Source: the human T2T-CHM13v2.0 reference genome, Homo sapiens. From it: a stretch of 64,000 bases of DNA. The notes under the pieces were generated by a model, which saw nothing but the letters and a program-made list of their open reading frames with translations, searched no databases and had not been told where the DNA came from. This document shows, one piece after another, positions 30,521 through 45,750 of this stretch. A program made the position numbers and the translations under genes. Location: NCBI GenBank assembly GCA_009914755.4, contig CP068257.2:25184001-25248000 (forward strand). The letters run 5' to 3'. How positions within the stretch are numbered: the first letter of the stretch is position 1; every line of letters starts with the position of its first letter.

Positions 30521-31292
30521 AACAGCGTGCCCTATTCCTTTAAAAGCCGGGGTAAATTTAAAACCTATAATTGATAATTGAAGGTCTTCTCCATGACCCT
30601 ATAATACTCCAATACTACCTTGTTGTCAGTGTAAACAAGGGCGTAGCCTGAAAACACTGAGACCACTGACAACCCGCAGCTTTCCTATCAAAAAATCCTT
30701 AACCCAGTAACCGGCAGATGCATTCAATCTGTAGCAGCAACTGTTTTGCTAACAGAAGAAAGTAGAAAAGTAACTTTTAGAGGAAACCTCATTGTGAGCA
30801 CACCTTACCAGTTCAGAATTATTCTAAGTCAAAAAAGCAAAAAGGTAGCTTACTAACTCAAAAATCTTAAAGTATGGGGCTATTGTGTTTAAAAAAAAAA
30901 AAAGGTAATTTAACACCAACCACTGATAATTCTCTTAACCCAGCAGGTTTCCTAACAGGGGATTTAAATCTTAATTACCATACAAAGGTCTGACCACACC
31001 TAGGAGGAACTCCCTTCAGGACAGGACTATAGAGGGTTCCTCCCAGGTGATTGAGGAAAAAACCACAGTGGGTATTCAGTAATTGATAGGGAGACTCTTG
31101 TGGAAGCAGAGTTAGAAAAATTGCCTAATAAATGGTGTCCTCAAAAGTGTGAGCTGTTTGCACTCAGCCAAGCCTTAAAGTACTTACAGAATCGTAAAAA
31201 CTATCTCAATCCTGACTCAAAAGTTTACTTACACCCTCTCTGAAATGAATTTACATAAGAACTGCTTTTTTGGGAATGCATCTTGATGGGGC

Positions 31293-31700
31293 AGCTGGGT
31301 GGTTATGAAATACTCAGGAACCCAGCCCAGCTCTAGGACACATCCCTGAGCACAAAGGCAATGTTGGGCACGCTGGTAAAGGACCACTAGAATCCAGCAG
31401 CCTGGACCCCTTTCTTTGTGGTCAAGAAAGGCAGGAAAACAGGTGCAGGACTGCTACATCAGTGAGCATAACTAATCTGATAAGCAGAGGGCCTTGGGTG
31501 GTTACACACCCTGGAAAGGAATTCAACTCTGAGCGCAAAGGCAATGTTGGGCACATTGGTAAAGGACCACTAGAATCCAGCAGCCCAGGCCCCTTTCTTT
31601 ATGGTCAAGAAAGGCGGGAAAAGGGGTGCAGGACTGTTACCTCGGTGAGCGTAACTAATCCGATAAGCAGAGGTCCATGGGTGATTACGCACCCTGAAAA
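31293..31700 (+). repeat. Tandem duplication of about 2.1 copies of a unit of about 195 bp within the provirus leader, upstream of gag.
   Basis: Unit ...cacaaaggcaatgttgggcac(g/a)(c/t)tggtaaaggaccactagaatccagcagcc...ggtcaagaaaggc(a/g)ggaaaa...gtgcaggactg(c/t)tac...taactaatc(t/c)gataagcagagg...tgggtg(g/a)ttac(a/g)caccctg(g/a)aaag is repeated head-to-tail at about 31295-31492 and 31493-31688, plus a partial third copy. Confidence 0.8.
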
Positions 31701-31798
31701 GAATAAGCATTAGGCCCTTAAAGGATGCTCTAGGACTAATGCTCATTGGAAAATGACTAGGGGTGCTGGCATCCCTATGTTCTTTTCTCAGACGGGAA

Positions 31799-33259
31799 AT
31801 GTTCTCCACCCTCCCCAAGGTAAAAACACCCCTAAGATGTATTCTGGAGAATTGGGACCAATTTGACCCCCAGACGCTAAGAAAGAGACGACTTATGTTC
31901 TTCTGCAGTACCACCTGGCCACGATATCCTCTTCAAGGGGGAGAAACCTGGCCTCCTGAGGGAAGTATAAATTATAACACCATCTTACAGCTAGACCTCT
32001 TCTGTAGAAAGGAGGGCAAATGGAGTGAAGTGCCATATGTGCAAACTTTCTTTTCATTAAGAGACAACTTGCAATTATGTAAGAAGTGTGATTTATGCCC
32101 TACAGGAAGCCCTCAGAGTCTACCTCCCTACCCCAGCATCCCCCTGACTCCTTCTCCAACTAATAAGGAACCCCCTTCAACCCAAACGGTCCAAAAGGAG
32201 ATAGACAAAGGGGTAAACAATGAACCAAAGCGTGCCAATGTTCCCTGATTATGCCCCCTCTAAGCAGTGGGAGGAGGAGAATTTGGCCCAGCCAGTGTGC
32301 ATGTGCCTTTTTCTCTCTCAGACTTAAAGCAAATTAAAATAGACCTAGGTAAATTCTCAGATAACCCTGATGGCTATATTCATGTTTTATAAGGGTTAGG
32401 ATAATCCTTTGATCTGACATGGAGAGATATAATGTTACTGCTAAGTCACACACTAACCCCAAATGAGACAAGTGCCGCCATAACTGCAGCCTGAGAGTTT
32501 GGCGATCTCTGGTATCTCACTCGGGTCAATGATAGGAGGACAACAGAGGAAAGAGAATGATTCCCCACAGACCAGCAGGCAGTTCCCAGTGTAGACCCTC
32601 ACTGGGACACAGAATCAGAACATGGACATTGGTGCTGCAGACATTTGCTAACTTACATGCTAGAAGGACTAAGGAAAACTAGGAAGAAGCCTACGAATTA
32701 TTCAATGATGTCCACTATAACACAGGGAAAGGAAGAAAATCCTACTGCCTTTCTGGAGCGACTAAGGGAGGCATTGAGGAAGCATACTTCCCTGTCACCT
32801 GACTCTATTGAAGGCCAACTAATCTTAAAGGATAAGTTTATCACTCAGTCAGCTGAAGACATTAGGAAAAAACTTCAAAAGTCTGCCTTAGGCCCAGAGC
32901 AAAACTTAGAAACCCCATTGAACTTGGCAACCTCGGTTTTTTATAATAGAGATCAGGAGGAGCAGGCGGAACAGGACAAACGGGGTAAAAAAAAGGCCAC
33001 CGCTTTAGTTATGGCCCTCAGGCAAGTGGACTTTGGAGGCTCTGGAAAAGGGAAAAGCTGGGCAAATCGAATGCCTACTAGGGCTTGCTTCCAGAGTGGT
33101 CTACAAGGACACTTTGAAAAAGATTGTCCAAGTAGAAATAAGTCGCCCCTTCGTCCATGCCCCTTATATCAAGGGAATCACTGGAAGGCCCACTATCCCA
33201 GGGGACAAATGTCCTCTGAGTCAGAAGCCACTAACCAGATGATCCAGCAGCAGGACTGA
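31799..33259 (+). pseudogene. gag pseudogene (MA, CA and NC-like zinc-knuckle remnants) with in-frame stops. Terminates at TGA 33257-33259, which is in frame with pro.
   Basis: ORFs 31763..32248 and 32645..33259 share one frame. Motifs KTPLRCILENWDQFDPQTLRKRRLMFFCSTTWPRYPLQ and LKQIKIDLGKFSDNPDGYI match HERV-W gag as I recall it. Several stops lie between 32246 and 32645. Confidence 0.8.
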
Positions 33260-35130
33260 GGGTGCCCAGGGCAAGCACTAGCCCATGCCGTCACCCTCAC
33301 AGAGCCCCAGGTATGCTTGACCATTGAGGGCCAGGAGGTTAACTGTCTCCTGGACACTAGCACGGCCTTCTCAGTCTTACTCTCCTTTCCCGGACAACTG
33401 TCCTCCAGATCTGTCACTATCCGAGGGTTCCTAGGACAGTCAGTCACTAGATACTTATCCCAGTCACTAAGTTGTGACTGGGGAACTTTACTCTTTTCAC
33501 ATGCTTTTCTAATTATCCCTGAAAGCACCACTCCCTTGTTAGGGCGAGACATTCTAGCAAAAGCAGGGGCCATTATACACCTGAACATAGGAGAAGGAAC
33601 ACCTGTTTGTTGTCCCCTGCTTGAGGAAGGAATTAATCCCGAAGTCTGGGCAACAGAAGGACAATACGGACGAGCAAAGAATGCCTATGCTGTTCAAGTT
33701 AAACTAAAGGATTCCGCCTCCTTTCCCTACCAAAGGCAGTACCCCCTTAGACCTGAGGCCCAACAAGGACTCCAAAAGATTGTTAAGGACCTAAAAGCCC
33801 ATGGCCTAGTAAAACCATGCAATAGCCCCTGCAATACTCCAATTTTAGGAGTATAGAAACCCAACAGACAGTGGAGGTTAGTGCAAGATCTCAGGATTAT
33901 CATTGAGGCTGTTGTTCCTGTATAGCCAGCTGTACCTAACCTTTATACTCTGCTTTCCCAAATACCAGAGGAAGCAGAGGGGTTTACAGTCCGGGGCCTT
34001 AAGGACACCTTTTTCTGCATCCCTGTATATCCTGACTCTCAATTCTTGTTTGCCTTTGAAGATCCTTCAAACTCAACGTCTCAACTCACCTGGAATGTTT
34101 TACCCCAAGGGTTCAGGGATAGCCCCCATTAGCCCAAGACTTGAGCCAGTTCTTATACCTGGACACTCTTGTCCTTTGGTACGTGGATGATTTACTTTTA
34201 GCCACCTGTTCAGAAACCTTGTGCCATCAAGCCACCCAAGCACTCTTTAATTTCCTCGCCACCTGTGGCTACAGGTTTCCAAACCAAAGGCTCAGCTCTG
34301 CTCACAGCAATTTAAATGCTTAGGGCTAAAATTATCCAAAGGCACCAGGGCCCTCAGTGAGGAAAGTATCCGGCCTATACTGGCTTATCCTCATCCCAAA
34401 ACCCTAAAGCAACTAAGAGTGTTCCTTGGCATAACGGGTTTCTGCCGAATATGGATTCCCAGGTACAGCGAAATAGCCAGACCATTATATACACTAATTA
34501 AGGAAACTCAGAAAGCCAATACCCAGGTAAGATGGACACCTGAAGCAGAAGCAGATTTCCAGGCCCTAAAGAAGGCCCTGACCCAAGCCCCAGTGTTAAG
34601 CTTGCCAATGGGGCAAGACTTTTCTTTATATGTCACAGAAAAAACAGGAATAGCTCCAGGAGTCCTTACGCAGATCCAAGGGACGAGCCTGCAACCCATG
34701 GCATACCTGAGTAAGGAAATTAGTGGCAAAGGGTTGGCCTCATTGTTTATGGGTAGTGGCAGCAGTCGCAGTCTTAGTAACTGAAGCAGTTAAAATGATA
34801 CAAGGAAGAGATCTTACTGTGTGGACATCTCATGATGTGAATGGCATACTCACTGCTAAAGGAGACTTGTGACTGTCAGACAACTGTTTACTTAAATATC
34901 AGGCTCTATTACTTGAAGGGCCAGTGTTGCGACTGTGCACTTGTGCAACTCTTAACCCAGCCACATTGCTTCCAGACAATGAAGAAAAGATAGAACATAA
35001 CTGTCAACAAATAATTGCTCAAACCTACACTGCTCGAGGGGACCTTTTAGAAGTTCCCTTGACTGATCCCGATCTCAACTTGTATACTGATGGAAGTTCC
35101 TTTGCAGAAAAAGGACTTCAAAAGGCGGTG
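33260..35130 (+). pseudogene. pro-pol pseudogene: protease (LLDTSTAFSVL), RT (YPLRPEAQQGLQ..., YVDDLLLA, FLGITGFCRIWIP) and start of RNase H (YTDGSS). Frameshifted and interrupted by stops; 3' part deleted.
   Basis: ORFs 33317..33856, 33903..34190, 34141..34323, 34419..34784 and 34924.. carry the protease DTG-like motif, the RT YXDD box and the RNase H TDGSS motif in different frames. Confidence 0.8.
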
Positions 35131-35512
35131 TATGCAGTAGTCCTTCAAAATCGAAGAGCTTTAGAATTGCTAATCACTGAGAGAGGGGGAACGTTTTTAT
35201 TTTTAGGGGAAGAATGCTGTTATTATGTTAATCAATTCGGAATCATCACCAAGAAAGTTAAAGAAATTCAAGATCGAATACAACGTAGAACAGAGGAGCT
35301 TAAAAAACACTGGACCCTGGGGCCTCCTCAGCCAATGGATGCCCTGGATTCTCCCCTTCTTAGGACCTCTAGCAGCTATATTTCTACTCCTCTTTGGACC
35401 CTGTATCTTTAACCTCCGTGTTAAGTTTGTCTCTTCCAGAATCGAAGATGTAAAACTACAAATCGTTCTTCAAATGGACCCCCAGATGCAGTCCATGACT
35501 AAGATCTACTGA
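35131..35512 (+). pseudogene. env transmembrane-subunit remnant: immunosuppressive domain LQNRRALELLITERGG, CX6CC (LGEECCYYVNQ), membrane anchor, and a syncytin-like cytoplasmic tail. SU is absent.
   Basis: ORFs 34924..35412 and 35225..35512 give ...NTGPWGLLSQWMPWILPFLGPLAAIFLLLFGPCIFNL...KIY then stop. This closely resembles the HERV-W Env TM and tail. Confidence 0.8.
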
Positions 35513-35692
35513 GGACCCCTGGACCAGCCTGCTAGCCCATGCTCCAATGTTAATGACATTGAAGGCACCCCTCCCAAGGAAATCTCAACTGCACAACCCC
35601 TACTATGCTCCAATTCAGCAGGAAGCAGTTACAGTGGTCCTCGGCCAACCTCCCCAACAGCATTTGTATTTTCCTGTTGGGAGGGGGCACTG

Positions 35693-36425
<733 letters not shown>

Positions 36426-37726
36426 ATACGATGACAAAATCACTTACCAATGCTTTTCTCAGAATGTATCCCCATTGTTAATTGATGCATGACTGTGTGT
36501 GTATAAGTATTTATCGCCAAAAGAAGAAATAGATTTCAAATTTCCATATTGTATCACTGAGGCAAGAAATATAAAGACGTCAGTCATATGACTTTTCACT
36601 TAAGGAAACAAAATGGACTCTTGAGTAGATAAATATGATGATTTTTTGGAACTCATCAACATCATTCTCATCATTCCTGATATTTATCAAGCACTTACTA
36701 TATGCAGACACTGACCTATCTATTCACATTTATTTAGCTTGGCCAAAATTTATCCCTGTATTTTTAAGAGAATGTTTCAACAAGGAAAAGATAAATATAT
36801 GACAATCTTTTACATCTTTACAAAAACCCTATAAACATTTCTACCTGGAAGAAGAATGTGACACTAACCCAAATTTAAGCAGCTGGTGCACATCCAAATT
36901 CAAGGCAACTGCACAAGCTATATATACTTTACATTAGAAATTAGAGACCAAATAAACAGAAGCAGGTGAACCAAAAGAACATTACAAGAGATTTTCAGAC
37001 ACCCATTAAACACAACAGCTCTGTTCTGAACAACTCCTGTGCGATAAGGGAAGAGCAAGAACTCACGTGGTATGAGAAATACTGCAATAAGAAGGCTCAA
37101 GTAAATCCCTTTTTGGGTCTATTTTTGCAAAATTAAGAATTAAAAAAAAGAAAATTTGAGACAGCACATAGAAAAAATCAAAAGCATAAAGGAAAAAAGC
37201 CTATAAGTTTTTAAGAGAATAGAAAATAACTTTAATGAATTAAGCTTATACCCAAATGCCATTTCTGAGTGTCTGTAGGACATGCCTTTTGAGAGAAAAT
37301 TGAGGCTGTCAGTCACCTCTTCCCTGTGTTAAGCCTAGGTGCCAATACTTGCCTGAGGTTTAAACACAGACTTGAAGGTTTTAGAGGTTTTAGTACCATT
37401 AAAACCAGATTTGAAGTTTTTAATACCACTAAAACAAAAGAAATTAGATTTTTCCCATCAACTATATGTCAAATCACAGATGTCTGTCTGTTCACTTTAT
37501 TTGCATATAGAAAAGAGTGCATAATGAGAAGAACTTCTCTTAAAATGCTATGCCTTTTTAGCCATTTCTTTACTATTTTTTATAATTTTATTATGCTCTT
37601 CTTCCCCACTTTATATTTTGTACACTCTAGTTAAAACAAGTACACAAATCTTATTATTTTATAAGAATATTGCAAATGGTTGTTGACAGCTTCAAGTACT
37701 TCAGTGTATGCATACATTTCATGGTT

Positions 37727-38023
37727 TTTTTTTTTTTTTTTTTGATGGAGTCTCACTCTGTCACCAGGCTGGAGTGCAGTGGTGGGATCTTGGCTCATCA
37801 CAACCTCCGTCTTCCGGGGTTCAAGCGATTCTCCTGCCTCAGCCTCCTAAGTAGTTGGGACTACAGGTGCGGGCCACCATACTCAGCTAATTTTTTTTTT
37901 CTTTTTGATAGAGACAGGGTTTCACCATGTTAGCCTGGATGGTCTCGATCTCTTGACCTCATGACCCGCCTGCCTTGGCCTCCCAAAGTGCTGGGATTAC
38001 AGGCGTGAACCACTGCACCTGGG
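37727..38023 (-). mobile_element. Alu (minus orientation).
   Basis: Poly-T, then gatggagtctcactctgtcaccaggctggagtgcagtggtg...cccaaagtgctgggattacaggcgtgaaccactgcacctgg. Confidence 0.9.
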
Positions 38024-39024
38024 TGCATAATTTCCATGTTAAGAAACTGGAGGAAAAGAAGTTTTCTTATCAATTCAAATGACTTTTAAAAGATTGTATC
38101 ATTTTTCTGTGACTTCGTCAATTTTATTTTCTCTCTTTTTTTCCCTCCTTGCTTCTTTCCTTCCTCTCTTTTTATATTTTTATTTATTTATTTTTCTATA
38201 TACTGTGCTTAACACAGATTTTTTAATGTTTATTAAATTCCTACTTTGTGTCAGGTGCTGTACTGGACACTAATGGTATATACTTTGCACCCAAAGACTT
38301 CACAGTCTTATCAAGAATTGCTAGAATACTTCTGTTTTAGTGTAGTTAGTGATCTACAGGGAAAACAGACAGAATAGAGGGGTTGGGACCATTAACTCTG
38401 TTCAAGGGTGCGGGGAGGAGGGAGCAGAGACGTTTTACAAAGGGAGAGTTATTGATCTGATTTTCTTCATTATATTATTTTGAGACTTGATAGATGTATC
38501 TTGTATGTGAATAATATTTCCGTTTCTGTTTCTTCTGTAAAAAGTTAAGTATATGGAACACTTCACTTCTTTTGGAAAGGTCACGTGTTCTAGAAAAGAT
38601 TTTTCAGTTGAGGTTCTACTCATTTACATTAGCACATTTTAGTCTGTGTAGCTTAGTTTCTGCATTCTAAATTGTCCTTATTAATCGTTCTTCTGTTTTG
38701 AAGCAATATAAAATCTATATGACCACACACAGATATTCACATATGAAAAGAGTTTATTACTAAGAAATATAGTTTAGCAGTTTCAGGAAATAACAAAGAA
38801 AATTATGCTAAACCTAATTTTAAAATCTAAATCTAAATTATGCTAAAATCTAATTTTAAAAGCATAATGAGTAGCTATTGTTTAACTCTTCCTGCTTATC
38901 TGTAAAACTTTTCTTTAGCATCATTTGAGAATTTTATCAATGCCTCTTTGTTCTTTGAAAAAAGGAAAAATTATGAGAGCTTATAAAACTCAAACCCTAA
39001 AGTGTCATTCACTACTTAGTTTAA

Positions 39025-39467
<443 letters not shown>

Positions 39468-42400
39468 TCTTTAAAATGATTGTGTGTAAGTAATAGGAAA
39501 AGGCTTTTTGACTTCTTGTATTTTTTCCCTACTTTTCTAATTATTTTTGTTAAGGATGGTACATAATAGTGAAATGGTTGATGAGCAGAATCTTATCTTC
39601 CTAAGAAAAAACTTGTTTCCACTTCCTTTTCTTAGAGAAGAGGGAAATGCATATATTGAGAAGTAAAAATTACAAATGAAAAATAATTTAGTTTTTGTCC
39701 TATACTTATTTTTTGTAGACTACATTATATAGCTATATTTATATGTATACACACAAACATTCATACATTAGAGCAATCAATATATGCCTTTACTTATATT
39801 TTTACAAATTGTGATAGTCTTACAGTCTTGAATTATTATCTCAATTAGCACTTTGAATAATATATCATTTTTAATGTGAATCATTTGAGGAGTAGAAAAG
39901 TGCCATTTGAATGCAATATGTATTAAACCCAAAAGGTCTTTTTTCCTCATTCATTCTCTGGTAGATATTAATGTAAGTGTTAATATATAGGCTCAATGGT
40001 TCCCCAAGAAATCTAAAATAATTAAGAAAATAATCACAATGAAAAATGAATTTTTCTGATTAATAAATGAGTCAAAGACATAAATCATTCAAAAAAATTA
40101 GACAATCCAAGGCAAACATATATAAAATATTTTTAACAATACTTGAGTAAAATTGATTTAGCTATAACTCACAATAATGATGATGATAGTGGTGGTGGTA
40201 TAATAACTCACATTTACTCACTACTGGGGTTTTCAGGCACTACATTAAATACTTCCCATGTATTAGTTTATTTCTTCAAAAGCGCCCTCTGTAATATTTT
40301 CTATTAATCGTTGGAAGCTTAGAAATGTTAATTGACCTGCCTAAGGTCCCATAGCTAAGAAGCAGTTTATGTAGTCATTATAAACTGTCTACCAAATATT
40401 TCTGGTTCTCTTTCCAAGCACATGTTAGTATTGTACTTCCCTACCCACTTGAAGTTAGGTGTGTCTGTGTGACTTGCTTTAGTAAACTGTGAGCCAAGTG
40501 ACTTAAATTGGCCAATAAAATGAAAGCAGAGTATGACTTCCAGTTGGAAACTCTGAAGCCACTGAGTGCTTTGCCACGCTCCCTTTCTTTTCCTCTGTAA
40601 TGACAATGCTTATGTCAAAATCACTGGCTGCTCTATAAGCCTGAGTCTTGGAAGAATGACAGTGACAGCAGAGCTTACAACCATAATGGACAAGCAGATT
40701 CAAGATGCTGGCAGGTTCAGTGTCTGGGGAAGATTGATTTTCAGTTCATAGATAACTGTCTTCTAGCTGTGTCCTCACCTGTTTGAAGGGGCTGGGGGTC
40801 TCTCTTGGGCCTCTTTTATAAGAGTACTAATCCCACTAATTAGGGCTCTTCCCTCAATGACCTAATCACTTTACAAAGGTGGCTCCTCCTAATGCCATCA
40901 TCTTGGTGAGGCAGGAGAATAGAGTCTGGAGGCAGGAAACCTGAGACCAATTTATGCTGACTTCCTAGAATTAAATCTAAAGGAAACCCCAACTTTCCAT
41001 GCCCAAATAACAAAAGGATCAACGGCTACTCCTTTGGCAGCCCTCCCCTTTTGTGCTTTGCAGATAAAAAGTGGAAAGTACCTCTGATAGGTCCCCTCCT
41101 GTAACCAGTCAGTCTGGTGGTGGGCCTAGTCTAAATTTGCATAGGGATATAACTTTGTAACTTCACTTCAGCCTCTGATTGGTTGCCTTCCATAACCAAT
41201 CAGACTGGTCGGGGGCCACTCACCACGTAACCAATGGGAAACCTCTAGAGGGTATTAAAATCCCAGAAAATTCTGTGACCAGCACTCTGGAGCCGCTTGC
41301 TTGAGTCTGCTCCCACTCTGTGGAGTGTACTTTCTTTTCAGTAAATCTCTGCTTTCATTGCTTTATTCTTTCATTACTTTGTCTGCATATTTTGTCCAAT
41401 TTTTTGTTCAGAATGCCCAGAACCTGCACAATTGGTAGTCAAAACCCTCCGCCTGTAACATTAGGGGTTAGGATTTTAACATATAAATTTTGGAAGGGAC
41501 ACAAACATTAAGAACATAGCACTATTTTACTGAAAACTAAGAAAATCAAGTAAAAACTGTATACAATATAATAGCATTGTCATAACTTTCACATATATAA
41601 AAAGCAAGTAGTTTAAATACATAATGTAAGAAAAGCTCCCTTCACAACTATAAAAAATTATTAAAATCTTAAAAAGGAGCATGAAAAAATATATTAAAGA
41701 TTTGCTGAAAAATAATAAAGTTAAAATAAACAACTCGTGTGGGATGCAGAATGATTTGATCAAATGATGTCATACCTTACTGTGGAAGGCTGAGTCCATG
41801 GAAAACTCAACATTATAAAAATATTAGTTCTCCATAACTTATACACTTAACATGATCACAATAAAAATATTAACAGAATATTTTTTAGAGGGAACTCAGA
41901 ATAGCAAGTTTAAAATTTATGTGGAAGAACTAATTCAAAGGAGTTTAGCTTTTGCTTAGGATGTATAAAACTGTCAGAGAACACTGTTAGAAGAATCTGG
42001 ATGATCAACAAAATCATAACTTTTCTTGAACTGTTCATAAAGCTGCAGTCATAAGGAACTAACTACACTAAATTCCAAAGTATAACAAACCCTTCCAAGG
42101 CGAGAACTCACAATTTTTTTTTTCACCATTAGTAGGGCACTAAGAAGAGTTACCTACTGCAAAGGTGAGTAAGAAAAAAAAAAAAGCGAAGTATTAGCCA
42201 GCATGTCAGAGAGTCCAAACATGAGAAAGCTCTGCACTCACTCACAAGCTGGACGTTTTCCTCCCCTTGGTGATGCTAGGTACAAAGCTCTACCTACTTT
42301 CTAGAATTATCTCTTATTTGAAGCCAAAGTTAAAGGGGAAGAATCCACTAACTGTGGGTGTAAACTAAAACAAAACTATCTTCCTTGAGCATAGGAAGGG

Positions 42401-42529
42401 AAAACAAAGTGAAAGAAAACATTCCACTCCCGGAGGAAAGGGGAAGAGACCCAGGAAGAGGTGAGATTTCTGTTTGATTCCAAAGACAGGGAAAAGCCAA
42501 TGTGTTAGTTCAAAGGTAGTCAGGTAGGA

Positions 42530-42770
42530 AGAATTCTTTCTTACTAGGGAGAGGGCCCACCTTTTGTTCTATTTAAGCCTCTGATTGATTGGACAAGGCT
42601 CACTCACATAATGGAGTTCAATCTGCTTTACTCACTCCATTGATTTAAATGTTAATCTCATGTAAAATATCCTCTCAGAAACACTCAGAATAATGTTTGA
42701 GCCCAGATCTGGGCACCCTGTGACCCAATCAAGTTCATAGATAAAATTAACCATCACTATGTGCTTTTGC
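42530..42770 (+). repeat. 3' half of a MaLR-type LTR repeat (same variant), followed by (GT)n and a partial Alu.
   Basis: ...ctcactccattgatttaaatgttaatctcatgtaaaatatcctctcagaaacactcagaataatgtttgagcccagatctgggcaccctgtgacccaatcaagttcatagataaaattaaccatcac. Confidence 0.55.
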
Positions 42771-42801
42771 GTGTGTGTGTGCGTGTGTGTGTGTGTGTGT
42801 G
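42769..42801. repeat. (GT)n microsatellite.
   Basis: gcgtgtgtgtgtgcgtgtgtgtgtgtgtgtgtgtgag. Confidence 0.9.
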
Positions 42802-42958
<157 letters not shown>

Positions 42959-45447
42959 TAATATCAAAGAATCAAAGAATGTTAAAATATAAGCAATTTC
43001 AGATACATTAGAATACAGGTATATGATTTAGTGCTATGTTGCATAAAAATGCCCTGAGAAGAAACTTTAAAGTCCTGGTAAATTTTTATGATATACTTTT
43101 AACTTATTAAAATGTTTACAGAGCATTATGTTTTATATGCCTTTTTAAACTATGTAAAAATGCATGAAAGACATGCAGATATGTATATGTGAATGAATGT
43201 CTGCATAATATATATATATTGTGTGTATATATGTGTCAAACAAACCAATTTTCTTGTTATACTGGTAAAATGGTGTATTTCTATTAAAATGATAATTATA
43301 TTTTATAGAAATACATAGAAAATACTACAGAAAATGCTAAGTCAAAAGAAAGGGATACAATAAAGAATAAAGAAACATACGGCATGTTTCATGTAGTCCA
43401 TCTTCCACAAATTTCAAAAATGACATTTTTGTTGTATGAGTTTGTTTGCCCCTTTGGCGCTTCAAACAAAGCTTCCTAGTCATTTAGAAGATAAAATTCA
43501 AACTCCTGTTGTGCCCTGGGACAACCTGTCTAGGGTCAACTCTCAGAAGCCCTTCTTGCCCTGTGAATTCTCATGGTACCTAACTCTGTTGTTTTCTGCA
43601 CACACAATGCTGCTTTATATCTCTGTACTTTTACCTAGTCTATATTCCCTTCCTAGATCGATCTTGAAACATCCTTTACACTCTTGTGAACCTGAAAAGC
43701 ATTTATTATTTTTAGTACTCTGCTCTTCTGGTGACATCATGTTGACGAAATCCCACATGGTGTCAGTTTTCTCCTGAGAAACAAACAGGCTGAGGTAGGA
43801 ACATCTTCCTTTCTTCTATTTTTATTGCTATATATATAGTTATTTTATTACCTTTTATACGTATAAAATTTCTGTAATTGTTTGGTTACTGATACAGTTT
43901 TCACACAGGAGTGTAAACTTCTCAAGGACAGTAGTTGTATCTTATCACCACCTGTAACTAAAAAAAAAATTCTCAGGCACTCAACCAACAAATATTTATT
44001 TCAAATTAATTGAAGTGAAAACTATTAAGATCAATATGGAAATAATGTTTGTCTATGATGGAATTCTGAGGAAAGCATACTTCCTTAAGTAAATTTTACG
44101 GTGAAGGAATTATTAGGAAGCAGATTTCTTAATGTTGTCCTTTGCGTTTCTTAGTTTTAAGTAACAATTGTTAAGCCATATAATTGTTTTAGGTAAGAAA
44201 CTTTAATACAAGACTTGGCTAACTGGAGGTCTTTATTTAAATGTACAATACAGGATTCAAAAATTAGTAGACTTTTCTTTCCATTTCAGGCGGTATTTTG
44301 GACTAGATTGCCTTAAGATTCCTCCTATGGAAAAGAGCTAAAAGAGACAGAGAAAATATAACAACAAACTCTTTATGAGTGCATCTTGTAAACACACAAG
44401 AAAGTAAGGAATTTTTAGAGGGCAAAGAATCAACAGAGGAAAACAAAACTTAGATGTAAATTCTCCTTGAGGAAATTTTCTGTAGGGAGAAAGTTTGTTT
44501 TTAAGGACTGTCCATAAGTGGGGAACACGGGATCAACTCCATACAAGATGGATATTCACAGGCAATCACTTCTCTACATCCCATATATTTAACTCTCAGG
44601 AGAGGACAAGAAAAATAGTCCATCTTAGACTCTGATGCTGTATAGAGGAAAAAGAAAAATTTTCTTTGAGACTCTGTAACCATAAGCCATCTGATTTCAG
44701 TTTTATAGACAGAATTCATACTTCCTGGGTGGTCTCAGTTCTCAGCATACGCTCAGTGTAATGTGGTCCTGGTTACTAGTGTTCCTGGGACCTTGCAGGT
44801 CCAGACAAAAGCCCTCTCCCATGAAAACTACCACAGCTTGAGGCTCAAATAATATCCATAGAAATATGAGCTCACAGTAAAAACAAAAGTGAAACAAAGC
44901 AAAGCAAAATAAGCAAGCCTTGATGAGTGAGAGCCACCAGAAAAAAAAACAAATCACAGAATCAAATCTGAAAAAAGATGTTAAATGTTGGAATTATCAG
45001 ACACAACATATAAAACAATGATTTGAAAATAAGTTACGAGAGAGTCTGTAAAAATTGACTGAATACAAAATCCGAATATGATGGGTTTATTAGCAGATTA
45101 GACAAAGATGAAGAGCAAATTAGTGAACTGGAAAGAGATATGGAGAAATTTCAAAGAATGTAAGAAAGTCCATGGGATGAAAGATAGAGAAGACATGTTA
45201 AGTAAAATGAAAGATAGAGTCAGGTTAAAAACAAGGAATTAATATGTAAACAGTAAATTTATCATAACGGTAAAAATTTAGGTGAACAAAGATAAAACGA
45301 AGACTTAACCCTTTTCCGGTTTAGAAAAAAAAGTGCAGCTCACTGCCAAAACAATTTCACATAAATATGCTCTTTGAGGCTGAAGCAAATCTGATTGATT
45401 TTCAACATGAAAATAAAATATATAAGCTGTTCTCAGAGTTATTTCTA

Positions 45448-45750
<303 letters not shown>

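Noticed and set aside
30168-30574. ORFs encoding RERERER.../LSLSPPSLSLS... repeats.
   Set aside because: Direct translation of the GA-rich minisatellite on the two strands. Not protein-coding.
32645-35512. Possibility that the provirus encodes intact Gag, Pol or Env proteins.
   Set aside because: gag has several in-frame stops. pol is split over at least four frames. env lacks SU and the start of TM and ends after a short tail. No complete retroviral ORF survives.
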